Counted from the stretch's first letter, positions 8,864 to 18,574 are shown. The stretch: DNA of 64,000 nucleotides from an uncultured Deinococcaceae bacterium (GCA_964252075.1 CAXULY010000009.1:1-64000); one strand, 5' to 3'. Made by a program: numbers and translations. The notes: generated from the sequence alone by a model not told the origin.

Positions 8864-8878
8864 GCACCTCCTTTCTTG

Positions 8879-8912
8879 GACTAACTTTATCACCGATGAT
8901 AAAGTTAGTCAA
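8879..8912 (-). promoter_or_regulatory. hicAB promoter overlapped by a perfect palindromic operator
   Basis: GACTAACTTTATCA-ccga-TGATAAAGTTAGTC (14-bp arms); minus strand reads TTGACT-N17-TAAAGT. Confidence 0.8.
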
Positions 8913-8928
8913 GTCTGTAGAGGCAGAA

Positions 8929-8960
8929 AGGCCCGGTGACCTATGCAGGTCACCGGGCCC
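8929..8960 (-). terminator. Terminator ending the leftward early operon
   Basis: GGCCCGGTGACCT-atgc-AGGTCACCGGGCC followed by TTTC on the minus strand. Confidence 0.7.
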
Positions 8961-8978
8961 TCTTCCCTGCTCACACCG

Positions 8979-9236
8979 TCAGGCCACGCTTTGACTCTCC
9001 AGCGGGTCAACCACGAAAGCCTGCTGCACCAGGTCTGCCAGCAGCGCCCACACGTCCATCGGCGTGAGGTCCCAGTCCCCCACGAGGCGGATGCGTGAGC
9101 CGCGCGCGGGCCAGTCCATCGTCTCCACCTTGAGGCGCGCGTTGAACTGGTCACCCACCTCCAGCGCCAGCCGCCTGAGCGCCGCCGGGTCGATCAGCAG
9201 CTCGGCGGGCACCTGCAGGACCAGGAGCGGCTTCAT
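8979..9236 (-). CDS. Hypothetical phage protein
   Basis: MKPLLVLQVP..., start overlaps the upstream stop. Confidence 0.65.
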   Translation of the reverse strand: MKPLLVLQVPAELLIDPAALRRLALEVGDQFNARLKVETMDWPARGSRIRLVGDWDLTPMDVWALLADLVQQAFVVDPLESQSVA

Positions 9237-9457
9237 CTTCCGTCCGGCGTCACCCAGTAGCGGCCGTCGGCGTGCGGCGCTTCGAGCGCGACCGGGTTGC
9301 CGTCCTCGTCCTCGTGCACGACCTCCCAGCTCAGCGGCTCCACGGCGTGCTGCTCGCACGCTGCTTTCGCGCGCTCGGGGTCGGGCGCGCTGCCGCGCCA
9401 GGAGTTCGTGATCAACCCGCCGCGCGGGCCGCCTTCCGCCCAGCCGAAGCGGATCAT
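9233..9457 (-). CDS. Hypothetical phage protein
   Basis: ATGA-coupled within the operon; good codon usage. Confidence 0.65.
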   Translation of the reverse strand: MIRFGWAEGGPRGGLITNSWRGSAPDPERAKAACEQHAVEPLSWEVVHEDEDGNPVALEAPHADGRYWVTPDGR

Positions 9458-9765
9458 GCGGTCAGGTACTCCTCCGGGTCGATCTCCCCCATCGCGTCGC
9501 CGATCAGCTCCCCGATGGCCTCACGCGCTTCGGTCACCTTGCCGGGCTTGAAGCCCTCGAAGCGAATGTCGCTCGCGCGCGCCTCGACGACCTCCAGCGT
9601 GACGGGCAGTTTCAGGACGCCCTGCACGCCGGACTCGAGGGCGCCGTGCAGGTAGCCGAGGATCTTCTCGGTGTTCCAGGTTCGCGTGCGGATGACGGCA
9701 CCGCTGCTGTTGCGTTCTTTGATGGGGGCTGGGGCGACGAACCGGATGATGACCTTTCCGCTCAT
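9454..9765 (-). CDS. Hypothetical phage protein
   Basis: Leaderless TAGGAT box 6 nt before the ATG; good codon usage. Confidence 0.7.
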   Translation of the reverse strand: MSGKVIIRFVAPAPIKERNSSGAVIRTRTWNTEKILGYLHGALESGVQGVLKLPVTLEVVEARASDIRFEGFKPGKVTEAREAIGELIGDAMGEIDPEEYLTA

Positions 9766-9838
9766 AGCGTAATCCTACTAGGAGCTACGTCCAAAAAGAA
9801 AGACGGCACGGTCAAGCCGTCCCGTCAACCAAGGGTTG

Positions 9839-10750
9839 TCAGCCCTGCGGCTGAATCTTCTTCAGGCGATTGGGTTCCTCCAGGCTGGGGCGGCCCTTGC
9901 TCGGCCCATCGAGCAGTCGCACGCTAACGTTCTTCGTCCCGACGCGCACCACTTCGGCACGGCCCCAGCGGCACTGCACCACCTCACCCTTCGTGAAGTC
10001 CGCGGGCGCCAGGACTTCCACGCCCGTCGCTTCGAGGCGCGCGCGCTCGAAGGTCAGCCGCAACTCCAGGTGCGCGACCCAGCGCCGCGCGCGCAGCACG
10101 GCGGCCTCGCGCAGCGCCGTCCACTCGGCGTCGGTGAAGTCCCGCCCCAGGCGGTGGCTGTAGCCCGGTCCACTCGATGCGGCCTCGTGCGCGGCCAACT
10201 GGCGCTGCACCTTCCGGAGGTCCGTCTCCAGGCGCTCGATGCGCCGCCGGATCACGCCAGGGTCGCTCTTCTGCCGGGCGCGGGCCTCCGTGCCGCGCGC
10301 GCGCTCGCGCCAGTACGCGGCCTTGCTGGATTCCTCGACGGCCTGGCGCATGTGCTGGTCGCTGCGCTCGATGGCGCGGCGGTGGCGCTTCTCGCTGTGG
10401 TGCCCGATCTTGACAGGCTCTCCGCCGGGCGGCAGGCCTTCGAGGGCGGCCCGGCTGCGTTCCTCCGCGCGGCTTTCGGCCTTGCGGGCGCGGCTGGCGA
10501 AGCGCGCGGCGCGACCCTCCGGATCGTCCGGGCTCGCCTCGTGCTCGATGGCCTCGACGAACTGCAGCAGGTGGTCTTCGCGCTCGGGCGTCCAGGTGGC
10601 CACCCACAGCTGCGAGCCGCGCCACCAGTTGAAGCCGGCGGCCTTCGTGACGGCGTACTCGTTCGGCCCGAGGCGCGTGTCGGGCGACCAGCGCAGGGTG
10701 TCGTCCTCGACGTTGTAGACCGCCGAGCCGTTCAGTTCAGGCGCCGTCAT
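9839..10750 (-). CDS. DUF3560-domain protein
   Basis: GEPVKIGHHSEKRHRR signature in a coiled coil; C-terminal SH3-like segment. Confidence 0.8.
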   Translation of the reverse strand: MTAPELNGSAVYNVEDDTLRWSPDTRLGPNEYAVTKAAGFNWWRGSQLWVATWTPEREDHLLQFVEAIEHEASPDDPEGRAARFASRARKAESRAEERSRAALEGLPPGGEPVKIGHHSEKRHRRAIERSDQHMRQAVEESSKAAYWRERARGTEARARQKSDPGVIRRRIERLETDLRKVQRQLAAHEAASSGPGYSHRLGRDFTDAEWTALREAAVLRARRWVAHLELRLTFERARLEATGVEVLAPADFTKGEVVQCRWGRAEVVRVGTKNVSVRLLDGPSKGRPSLEEPNRLKKIQPQG

Positions 10751-11112
10751 TCGACCACCCACGCGCGAATCACGAGGCCTTCAGCATCATCGACCTCGAC
10801 GTCGACGCGGCCACCCATCACCCGGCGCACCATGACGGCCTCGCGGATGCCGGGCACGGCCTCCGGCGCGGCGTTCAATACGAGAAGGTCGCTGCCGTGG
10901 TCCACCGTGATCTTGTAGGGCTCCCGCCATTCGTCCGGGATGTACAGCGCCACGTCGTGCAGCTGGCGCACGTGCGGCTCGGTGGGGGGCAGCTCGGCGG
11001 TCAGCACCACCGTCAGGCCTGCGGCCTCTAGGAGGTCGAGGGTTTTCTGCGCGTTGCGGCCGAGCGCTCGCAGGGCGGCGGCGCGGGCGGCGGTCAGGTC
11101 GAAGCGGGGCAT
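10747..11112 (-). CDS. Hypothetical phage protein
   Basis: Coupled within the operon; good codon usage. Confidence 0.65.
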   Translation of the reverse strand: MPRFDLTAARAAALRALGRNAQKTLDLLEAAGLTVVLTAELPPTEPHVRQLHDVALYIPDEWREPYKITVDHGSDLLVLNAAPEAVPGIREAVMVRRVMGGRVDVEVDDAEGLVIRAWVVE

Positions 11113-11405
11113 CAGCGCATCACCTGCGCGAGCGCGAGGGCCAGCAGCACCGCGACGCCGAGCGCCCAGCCGACGCGGGGTGTCATGAAGCGCGCGGTGA
11201 CGTGGTGCCCGGGCAGGTACCCGGGGCGCGGGTCGGGCGCCGTGGGGTCGGGCGTGACCCCTCCTGAGTACTCGGCGTACAGGGGCCAGAAGGCCGCCTG
11301 CGCGGCGGCCAGGGCGTCCGGGTCTGCCGGGCGGGAGCGCGCCCGTTCCAGCGCGGCACTCGCCCGCTGGAAGCGCAGGGCGAGCGGCTCGGCCTTGCCT
11401 TTCAC
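11112..11405 (-). CDS. Hypothetical phage protein with a C-terminal TM helix
   Basis: Ends WALGVAVLLALALAQVMR; coupled. Confidence 0.6.
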   Translation of the reverse strand: MKGKAEPLALRFQRASAALERARSRPADPDALAAAQAAFWPLYAEYSGGVTPDPTAPDPRPGYLPGHHVTARFMTPRVGWALGVAVLLALALAQVMR

Positions 11406-11611
11406 GCGGCCACTGCGGGCAGTAGGCCGCGCGAGGTCAGGACGTGCAGGACCACGTCGCGGGCGAGCGGGCGCTCTTTGCCGGTGGTCTCGGAGATGGA
11501 GCGGTAGAAGGCGCTGTGCGGGTTCGCCTGGTACGCGCGGGCGAGGCGCTGCGCTTCCTCGTGGGTCATGCGGGCGTTGGTGTTGCGGGCGGCGGTGCTA
11601 GGCTTGTTCAT
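11402..11611 (-). CDS. First gene of the leftward operon, small hypothetical (possible DNA-binding/Cro-like)
   Basis: AAGGAG RBS before ATG 11611; divergent from the XRE gene. Confidence 0.6.
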   Translation of the reverse strand: MNKPSTAARNTNARMTHEEAQRLARAYQANPHSAFYRSISETTGKERPLARDVVLHVLTSRGLLPAVAA

Positions 11612-11676
11612 AGGGCTCCTTTGGGTCCGAAGAAGCGAGCGTTCTGTCGAGGGCGGCTCGCTTTCTTCTTGCCCAA

Positions 11677-11722
11677 AGTTTAGCAAATTGCTAAAAGTAA
11701 AGCAATGGGCTAAAGTTTAGCC
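11677..11722. promoter_or_regulatory. Back-to-back promoters with palindromic operators (genetic-switch region)
   Basis: Plus strand TTGCTA(11688)-N17-TAAAGT(11711); minus strand TTGCTT-N17-TAAACT. Palindromes TTTAGCAAATTGCTAAA (11679-95) and GGCTAAAGTTTAGCC (11708-22), plus the related TAAAGCAATGGGCTAAA (11698-714). Confidence 0.8.
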
Positions 11723-11734
11723 TGGAGGGAAGGC

Positions 11735-11980
11735 ATGAGATACAGTGCGCCAGTGGACTGGACAGCCGTGGCAGAGCGCCTAAGGGAGACGATGCGCGCC
11801 CTCAAGCACGGCGAAAAGAAGGATCTTGCCGAAAAACTCGATGTTTCGGCAGCGCAGCTCAGTCAATTCATCAGCGGCAAGCGGGGCATCACGCCAGAAC
11901 GGGCACAACAGATCGTGACGGCCTTGGGTGGTGAACTCAGTATTCGGATTAAGTGGCCGGATGGCCACGTCGACGAGTAG
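11735..11980 (+). CDS. XRE-family HTH regulator (repressor or Cro-like)
   Basis: KKDLAEKLDVSAAQLSQFISGKRGIT HTH; GGAGG RBS; alternative leaderless GTG start at 11753. Confidence 0.85.
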   Translation: MRYSAPVDWTAVAERLRETMRALKHGEKKDLAEKLDVSAAQLSQFISGKRGITPERAQQIVTALGGELSIRIKWPDGHVDE

Positions 11981-12012
11981 CCCAAAGAGTCAGGCGCGCA
12001 TATGCTGGAGGT

Positions 12013-12405
12013 GCGCCCGGTTCGCCCACCAATGTAACCAGGCGCGCGGGCGGCTCCCCTCTGGTGTCCGCCCGCTTATATTGGCTGTGCCCTGATGGAC
12101 CTCCATATATCCGTCCGGGCTCGCGGGCGGCCTTGCACGAGGGCCGCCCGCTTATACTGGGTGTGGCTGACCGGGCGGACACTCGCGAGGCCATGCGGGC
12201 GGTTTCCAGGCGGTTTCCGCCCGCTTTCGTGTATCTTGTGCCGGGCGCTCCGCTGTGGGACGACAGCGTTGAGCGCCACCGAAGCGGGCCAGACGCTCCT
12301 CTGGCCCGCTTCACCTATGGCGCAACCTGCTACCCTGGCGCACCGGCTGCGGCCCACGGAGCGCGCGCGATGGTCGTGGAGCGAGCCCACGCGCTCGCCC
12401 TTTTT
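12013..12405. repeat. Array of 4-5 diverged two-hairpin units (72-97 bp period); candidate ncRNA or terminator array
   Basis: GCGGGCGG-N13/14-CCGCCCGC at 12046-75, 12123-51 and 12195-224; variant at 12281-312; weaker unit at 12381-98. Each is preceded by a second variable hairpin and followed by a T-rich tail on +. Confidence 0.75.
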
Positions 12406-12557
12406 CATATCCGCCAGACCCGCACCAGCGTCCAGCGCGGATACCGCCGGATCTTCTCGCGCAGCTGCTGACCGCTCGCGGCCACCAAGTGCAGGCGGTG
12501 CGGGCCGGTCCACGTGACCAGCTCCAGCAGGGCGTGATGCTCGGTCACGCACACCAT
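12405..12557 (-). CDS. Small hypothetical protein (50 aa) at the prophage end
   Basis: MVCVTEHHALLELVTWTGPHRLHL...; plausible codon usage; followed by a hairpin. Confidence 0.4.
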   Translation of the reverse strand: MVCVTEHHALLELVTWTGPHRLHLVAASGQQLREKIRRYPRWTLVRVWRI

Positions 12558-12683
12558 TGACGCACCACCACCCATCCGGCTGCGGTGTAGTGCTCCAGGC
12601 GCTCCGCCAGTTCGCCCGCTGAAGGGCGCACCACCAGGAGTTGGCGACCCTTCCGGGTCAGCAGCGCGCTGTGATTGCAACTC

Positions 12684-13730
<1,047 letters not shown>

Positions 13731-14594
13731 CTAGCGGCCCGCCGTTTCGAGCGGCGGAAGGCCCACCACGCCAATGGTGCCGGGCCCGGCGTGTACGCCG
13801 ATCACGGCGCCCACGATGCGGGTGTCCAGCACGCGCACGCCGCGCGCTGTTAAGAGTGCGTGCAGGCGCGCGGCGTCCGGGAGGTTCCCGGCGTGCAGCA
13901 CCACCGCCTCCAGACCCGCCGGGAAGTTCTGCGCGAGGGCCCGCACGGCCGCCGCGAAGCCCCGCACGCGCCCCACCGCCTGCACGCGCCCATTCACGAT
14001 GGCGAGCACCGGCTTGATGGACAGCAGGTTCGCGGCGAAGCCCGCCAGTCGCCCCACCCGCCCGCCCGCGATGAGCCAGCGCAGGTCCTGCGGCGCGAAC
14101 TGCAGGAACACCCGCTCGCCGTAGCCCTCCAGCCGCCGCGCGATGTCGGCGGCATGCACACCCGCGTCCAGCCACGCGCGCGCCTGGCGCAGCGCGCCCC
14201 ACAGACCCGCCGTGAGGGTGCGGGTGTCCACCACGCGCACCTGCTCACCGAACGGCAGGGCCGCTTGCACGGCGCTCGCGTACGTGCCGCTGAAGGTGCT
14301 GGAGACCGGAAAGCACAGCACGCTGCCCGCGCGCCGCAGCAGCAAGCGGTAGTGCGCCTCGAACTGCGCGGGTGTGGCCTGCGCGGTGCGGGGCCACGCG
14401 CCCGCCCGCATGCGCTCCATGAGGGCCTCGGGGCTCAGCTCGGTGGTGCCTTCGGGCCGCAGGGTGCCAGGGTCGCTGTGACGCACGCCACCGAGGTCCA
14501 GCGTGAGCGGCACGACCGCCACATCGAGCGCTGCCGCCTCGGCGGGCGGGAGGTCAGCGGTGGAGTCGGTGAGGAGCGCGGCGGGGTCGTTCAC
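13731..14594 (-). CDS. DegV family fatty-acid-binding protein
   Basis: LLTDSTADL, SSTFSGTY, GGRVG, IKPVL, GVHAGPG; leaderless TAGCAT box; abuts comM. Confidence 0.92.
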   Translation of the reverse strand: MNDPAALLTDSTADLPPAEAAALDVAVVPLTLDLGGVRHSDPGTLRPEGTTELSPEALMERMRAGAWPRTAQATPAQFEAHYRLLLRRAGSVLCFPVSSTFSGTYASAVQAALPFGEQVRVVDTRTLTAGLWGALRQARAWLDAGVHAADIARRLEGYGERVFLQFAPQDLRWLIAGGRVGRLAGFAANLLSIKPVLAIVNGRVQAVGRVRGFAAAVRALAQNFPAGLEAVVLHAGNLPDAARLHALLTARGVRVLDTRIVGAVIGVHAGPGTIGVVGLPPLETAGR

Positions 14595-14665
14595 GCCCAC
14601 ATGCTACAGGCTGCCCCGGGCGGCGCCCCGGAAAATTCGTGTGGTACAGCGCTGGGTGCCGGGGG

Positions 14666-14962
14666 TCAGGCGGGCGTGTCGTCCTCTTCCTTGTCGTTGC
14701 GGCCGTCGTCCGCACCGCCCTCGTCGCCGCCCACCAGGTTGCCGACGAGTCCCGGCACCGCCGCCACGCCCACCCCGAAGTTCGAGCCGATCTGACCGCC
14801 CTGGTTGAAGGGCGGGATGATGGCGGGCACGCTCTCGTCTCTCCGGCGGCGGTCCTCGCTGTCCACGGGGGAGTTCACGAGGTTCTGCCCTTCCTGCTCG
14901 ACCTCCTCAACGGACTTGCCGAGCGGCGTGGTGTCGTCCAGCGGGTCATGGCGGTCAGTCAT
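14666..14962 (-). CDS. Small acidic hypothetical protein
   Basis: 98 aa D/E-rich ORF with good codon usage. Confidence 0.7.
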   Translation of the reverse strand: MTDRHDPLDDTTPLGKSVEEVEQEGQNLVNSPVDSEDRRRRDESVPAIIPPFNQGGQIGSNFGVGVAAVPGLVGNLVGGDEGGADDGRNDKEEDDTPA

Positions 14963-15457
14963 GGCTCACGCTACGTCCGTCCATGAACAGAAAACTGCGA
15001 TGTCCATGAAGTCGGCTTTGACCTGCACTTGATTCGGCCTTCAGGATGTGGCCGTGGCTGGTCCAACCGGCGCTTCCATGTTTTGGCGCTTCAGGAACGG
15101 GCAGACCACCTCCACGACACTGCGGCTTGGGATTCGACTGGCGGACACAACGAGCGCCTGAACCACACGCGAAATGTATAGGTCGTTGGGACGGAGTGAA
15201 CGTCACAGGATGGCTTCCGGCAGCATGAAGATCATTAGGGTCGCCGTGACTACAGCGACGACGCGAACGAAGGAAAGCGTTCTCCTTACGGCAGACCCGC
15301 AATCTCCGGACAACTTTCCTGAAAGGCACCCAGCACCGTCATTGAGTGGTGAGCGGACGCGATTACCCAGACCAGGCCGAGGCCATCAACCTTCAAAGAT
15401 GTCGGGTTGCGGAGGCCCTCGCCGCACGGCTCACCTGTCCTCCGCGTGCCGCCGATC

Positions 15458-16555
15458 TCAGTGTTCGCTGGCGATCACGTACACGTCCACGTTGCGGGTA
15501 TCACGCAGCACGCTGTGGACGATGCTGCCGCGGAAGAGTTCCGTCCAGCGGCTGCGGCTTGACTCGCCCAGCACCACCTGCGTGATGCCGTGCTCGCGGA
15601 TGTACGTGACGAGGCTGCGCCCCACCCCGCCCCGGTTGGGAATCATCACGAACTCCCCCTCGAGGCTTTCGGTGGCGACGCGCAGGCTGTCCAGCACCTT
15701 GTTCTGATCGCGCGTGAGGCGCCCGCCGCCCACGTACGCGACGATCAGGTCGCCGCTCAGGCGCGCGGCGATGCGCCCGCCGCGGCGGATGAGACGCCCG
15801 GATTCCGGTTCGGGCGCGCACGCCACGAGGATGCGGTCGCGCACCAGCCGCTGCTCGGAATCCTGTTCGGGCTGTACGGTCTCCGCGAGCTGACGCAAGG
15901 CGAGTTCGCGCAGCGCCGTGAGGTTCTCGGCGGTGAAGAAGTTGCCGAGCGCCTGCTCCACCTTCTCGGGCGCGTAGATCTTGCCTGCACGCAGGCGCTC
16001 CTGCAGCACCTGTGGGCTCACGTCCACCAGGATCACCTCGTCGGCGTCCGTCACCACGAAGTCCGGCAGGCGCTCGCGCACGCGCACGCCCGTGAGGCGC
16101 GCGACGGTGTCGTTCAGGGACTCCAGGTGCTGGATGTTCACGGTGCTGATCACGTCGATGCCCGCCGCGAGCAGCACCTCCACGTCCTGGTAGCGTTTCT
16201 CGAAGCGGCTGCCCGCGACGTTGCTGTGTGCCAGCTCGTCCACCAGCGCCACCTCGGGGCGGCGCTCCAGGAGACCCTCGGTGTCCATCTCGCTAAGGCT
16301 CACGCCGCGGTACTCGATGTGGCGGCGCGGGAAGATGGGGAGGTCCTCTGCGGCGCGCGCGGTTTCCTTGCGGCCGTGCGTCTCGAGCACGCCGATGAGT
16401 CCGTCGCGGCCCTGCGTGAGCTGGTCGCGCAGTTCCTGCAGCGCGCGGTAGGTCTTGCCCACGCCGGCGGCCATGCCGAGGAACACCTTGTGCCGCCCGC
16501 GCGGTCGGTGGGAACCGAGGTTCAGGGCTTCAGGCGCCGGGCGGAAGTCACTCAT
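15458..16555 (-). CDS. kdpD: Short KdpD (KdpD N-terminal domain + Usp domain, no TM or kinase)
   Basis: KVFLGMAAGVGKTY, ETHGR, LVDELAHSN, NIQHLESLND, LRELALR; C-terminal Usp domain. Confidence 0.88.
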   Translation of the reverse strand: MSDFRPAPEALNLGSHRPRGRHKVFLGMAAGVGKTYRALQELRDQLTQGRDGLIGVLETHGRKETARAAEDLPIFPRRHIEYRGVSLSEMDTEGLLERRPEVALVDELAHSNVAGSRFEKRYQDVEVLLAAGIDVISTVNIQHLESLNDTVARLTGVRVRERLPDFVVTDADEVILVDVSPQVLQERLRAGKIYAPEKVEQALGNFFTAENLTALRELALRQLAETVQPEQDSEQRLVRDRILVACAPEPESGRLIRRGGRIAARLSGDLIVAYVGGGRLTRDQNKVLDSLRVATESLEGEFVMIPNRGGVGRSLVTYIREHGITQVVLGESSRSRWTELFRGSIVHSVLRDTRNVDVYVIASEH

Positions 16556-16670
16556 TGCAGCGACTCAGTCTAGCTCGGATGCGGCCGCGCTTCGTGACGG
16601 TCGTTTCGGGTCTGAAACGCTCATGCGGTCCACACGCGGCGTCAGGTCCCCCCTGCAACAATGCCCTTTG

Positions 16671-17183
16671 ATGAAGCTCCAGACAATGATCGGGCTGGCG
16701 GCGCTGGCCCTGGGTGGCCTCGCGGCCGCCGAACGCGTGCCGGTGCCGGGCGTGCCCGTCACCGTGGACCTGCCCTCCACCGCCCGCCAGCTGAACAGCG
16801 CCCAGATTGAGCGGGCGTTCCCCGGCCAGGGCGCGCCGCAGGCGGTGTTCACCACCGACGACCAGAAGGTCGTGATGTCCTTTGAGTGGCGGGCCTCGCA
16901 CCTGCTGCCTTCGGAACTCACGCAGCTTGACGCGGACTTCTCCAAGGTCATTCAGGCGAAGAATCCCAAGAGCTTCACGCACCGCCTCATCAGCATCAAC
17001 GGCTCGCCGTGGGCGCAGTTCGTGTTCGTGACGCCCGGACGCGCGGGGGACGTGCGCAACGAAATGCTCATCACGAGCGCGGCGGGCCGCACGCTGGTCG
17101 TGAACATCAACGCGACCGTGAACGACTACACCAAGAACCAGAAGCTCGCGCAGGCCATCGCGAACAGCATCCGTCTGCAGTAA
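16671..17183 (+). CDS. Exported hypothetical protein (PsbP/DcrB-like fold possible)
   Basis: Signal peptide MKLQTMIGLAALALGGLAAA; ends IANSIRLQ. Confidence 0.7.
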   Translation: MKLQTMIGLAALALGGLAAAERVPVPGVPVTVDLPSTARQLNSAQIERAFPGQGAPQAVFTTDDQKVVMSFEWRASHLLPSELTQLDADFSKVIQAKNPKSFTHRLISINGSPWAQFVFVTPGRAGDVRNEMLITSAAGRTLVVNINATVNDYTKNQKLAQAIANSIRLQ

Positions 17184-17289
17184 AGGCCCTCACACCGACC
17201 CCGCCCGTGAGGCGGGGTTTTTTGGGCGTGCATGACCCTCGGCCATCTGGCGCAGGCAGAAGGTGGGCCGGGCGTTTAAGCTGGGGCTT

Positions 17290-18537
17290 ATGCGAACCCA
17301 GCGCCCGGCGGCCCTCTTCTTCATTCTGGTGACCGTTCTGATTGACGTGATGGGCCTCGGCCTGATCATCCCGGTGGTGCCGCAACTGGTGAAGCAGCTG
17401 TCCGGCTCGGAGGTGGCGGGCGCGCAGATGCTGGGCATCCTGGGCGCGGTGTTCGGGCTGATGCAGTTCGTGTGCGCGCCGCTGCTGGGCGCGCTCTCGG
17501 ACCGTTATGGGCGCCGCCCGGTGCTGCTGGGCAGCCTGTTCGGCACGGGCCTGGACAACATCATGCTGTACTTCGCGCCGAACCTTGCGTGGCTGTTCGT
17601 GGGGCGCATCATCGCGGGCGTGACGAGCGCGAGCATCACGGTCGCGAACGCCTACATCGCGGACGTCACGCCGCCCGAGCAGCGCGCTAAGAACTTCGGG
17701 CTGCTGGGCGCCACCTTCGGGGTGGGGTTCATCCTGGGTCCAGTGGTGGGCGGGCTGCTGGGGAACATTGACCTGCGGCTGCCCTTCGCGTTCGCGGCGG
17801 CCCTGGCGCTCCTGAACGCCCTGTACGGCCTGATCGTGCTGCCGGAGTCGCTGCCCGTCCACCTGCGCGGCCAGAGCGCCCACAACCCCCTGAATCCCTT
17901 CGCGCCGCTCGCGAATCTCGGGCGTTACCCGCTGGTGCGCAACCTCGCGGGGAGCTTCGTGCTGTTCGGGCTGGCGAACCAGGTGATCTTCAGCACCTGG
18001 GTGCTGTTCACGGAGAGCGTGCTGGGCTGGAAGCCCGTGCAGAACGGCGTGGGCCTCGCACTGGTGGGCATCACGACGGCGGTGGTGCAGGCGGGCCTGG
18101 TGGGGGTCGCCATGCGGGTGCTGGGGGAGCGGCGCGCCATCCTGACGGGCCTGCTGATCGGCACGGTGCAGTTCGTGCTGATCGGCCTGGCGCGCAACGA
18201 CGTCACCATGTACATCGCGATTCTGGTGGGTGGGCTGGGCGGCATCGCGGGACCCGCCCTGCAGGGCCTCATCAGCCGCTCGGTGGATGAGCGCGAGCAG
18301 GGCAGCGTGCAGGGCGCCCTGACGGGCCTGAACAGTCTGGTGGGCGTGGTGGGGCCGCTGCTCGCCACGTGGGTGTTCGCGCACTTCACCGCCAACCCGG
18401 AGGCGCGCGTGCCGGGCGCGGCGTTCTTCATGGGGGCGCTGTTCATGCTGATCGCGACGGGGCTCGTGGCGGTGGTGCTGCGCCGGCACGCGCGCCAGCA
18501 GCCCGCGGAGGTGGAGGGCAAAGGCGTCACGCTGTAG
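17290..18537 (+). CDS. MFS efflux transporter, TetA/DHA1-like
   Basis: [35 protein letters not shown]; multiple TM helices. Confidence 0.92.
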   Translation: MRTQRPAALFFILVTVLIDVMGLGLIIPVVPQLVKQLSGSEVAGAQMLGILGAVFGLMQFVCAPLLGALSDRYGRRPVLLGSLFGTGLDNIMLYFAPNLAWLFVGRIIAGVTSASITVANAYIADVTPPEQRAKNFGLLGATFGVGFILGPVVGGLLGNIDLRLPFAFAAALALLNALYGLIVLPESLPVHLRGQSAHNPLNPFAPLANLGRYPLVRNLAGSFVLFGLANQVIFSTWVLFTESVLGWKPVQNGVGLALVGITTAVVQAGLVGVAMRVLGERRAILTGLLIGTVQFVLIGLARNDVTMYIAILVGGLGGIAGPALQGLISRSVDEREQGSVQGALTGLNSLVGVVGPLLATWVFAHFTANPEARVPGAAFFMGALFMLIATGLVAVVLRRHARQQPAEVEGKGVTL

Positions 18538-18574
18538 GACAGGCGGGAACCGCCGGGGGAGTGAGGCGCGCGCC

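Noticed and set aside
11642..11658. RDRM-like site in the prophage early leader (TTCTGTC-GAG-GGCGGCT)
   Set aside because: The right half-site lacks the terminal AA; too weak without a PWM score.
12013..12405. CRISPR array or TIGR array
   Set aside because: Units are not identical direct repeats, the period is irregular, spacers are themselves hairpins, and no cas or Nop-domain gene is visible.
11953..12552. ORF-track ORFs 11953-12471(+), 12095-12517(+), 12076-12552(-) and 11949-12314(-)
   Set aside because: No RBS or codon bias, low-complexity R/A/P/G translations, and they overlie the hairpin array.
12640..12681. Solitary type I-C CRISPR-like repeat (GTTGGCGACCC..GGGTC...GATTGCAAC)
   Set aside because: 42 nt with the hairpin misplaced relative to the 3' handle; better explained as the phage arm of the att site. 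Could be rechecked against host CRISPR repeats.
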